A stretch of DNA of 64,000 bases from Amphiscolops sp. MND2022 (Eukaryota): assembly GCA_964187785.1 (NCBI GenBank), contig OZ076409.1, forward strand, positions 74,402,001-74,466,000, read 5' to 3'. Of this stretch, positions 63,642 through 64,000 are shown piece by piece (positions within the stretch are counted from its first letter, which is position 1; every line of letters begins with the position of its first letter). A program made the translations under genes and the position numbers. The notes below the pieces were generated by a model. It was given only the letters and a program-made list of their open reading frames with translations. It had not been told where the DNA came from and ran no database searches.

Positions 63642-64000
63642 GTGGTCGGGGTTCTCTCCCCACCTTTATTTGCGAGCGCGGGAGACGGGTCCTGTCGCGA
63701 GCCTTAGATACCAAAAATAGCCTATCCGCGACCGGGTCAAAAAAATGCGATCTCGAAAACTAGCCGTACGATTTGGCTGAAATTTGGCACACGGCTTCCT
63801 ATAACAGTTCTAAGAAACATTTACTACTGACGTTTTGCTGGCAAAAATCGAAAAGTGGGTCAAAATAACGGTTTTTGGGGTAAAAAGTAGCGTTTTTTTG
63901 AAAATTTTGCATTTCACAGCCAATTACTCGGAAATGGTCGATCCAGCGCAGTAACGCCTTGCTGATTTATTGTTGGGCACGTCAAGAGGCGTACGTACAC
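63642..64000 (+). mobile_element. Partial monomer U49 (5' part)
   Basis: Starts GTGGTCGGG after CTAG; head scaffold CGATCTCGAAAACTAGCCGTACGATTTGGCTGAAATTTGGCA. Confidence 0.55.

Larger units (their letters stand above)
1..64000 (+). repeat. Head-to-tail heterogeneous array of ~1.1-2.2 kb non-coding monomers (48 complete + 2 partial), every junction CTAG|GTG; extends beyond both window edges
   Basis: The same ordered motifs recur (head stem-loop, CGATTTGGCTGAAATTTGGCA scaffold, internal hairpin, GGGCATGCCGAGGCATGCCC), and 49 CTAGGTG junctions were located from 49-55 to 63638-63644. Confidence 0.97.

Noticed and set aside
22..63720. All ORFs in the six-frame track (60-180 aa), e.g. the recurring MLTKVCKLSQECC and MPFFRKCTRLKASP frames
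   Set aside because: They recur only because the DNA repeats. They overlap in several frames, their stops and frameshifts vary between copies, many use non-ATG starts, and none shows a recognisable HUH, helicase, recombinase, transposase or RT motif.
1..64000. Simple satellite, higher-order repeat, or rDNA/5S/tRNA/histone tandem array
   Set aside because: No repeating unit order, unrelated bodies are interleaved, and I recognise no rRNA, tRNA, snRNA or histone sequence.

Overview
No protein-coding or RNA gene could be supported in this window. It is entirely a head-to-tail array of non-coding monomers: 48 complete units plus partial units at both edges, mostly 1263-1316 bp, with outliers of 1070, 1079, 1389 (x2), 1986, 1994 and 2194 bp. 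All 49 junctions read CTAG|GTG and all units point the same way. The monomers fall into several families, some with unrelated bodies. Near-identical monomers recur with different neighbours, and the similarity breaks exactly at CTAG|GTG, so this is not a simple satellite or higher-order repeat. It looks like a shuffled cassette array built one unit at a time. The shared cis architecture has four parts: (1) a GC-rich head stem-loop, usually with a KAGGG loop; (2) a ~200 bp head scaffold; (3) an imperfect, usually bulged hairpin ~220-480 bp before the end, whose shape is kept across unrelated sequences; (4) in 44 of 48 units, TCAACGCC-type direct repeats followed by the palindrome GGGCATGCCGAGGCATGCCC (19/20 match to the p53-family response element) ~35-55 bp before the terminal CTAG. 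The best inference is non-autonomous, self-targeting mobile elements (rolling-circle/Helitron-like or tyrosine-recombinase type) mobilised in trans by an enzyme not encoded here. The host is probably a eukaryote, but this is unproven. Coordinates and family assignments were read by eye; '+' is the convention in which units end in CTAG.
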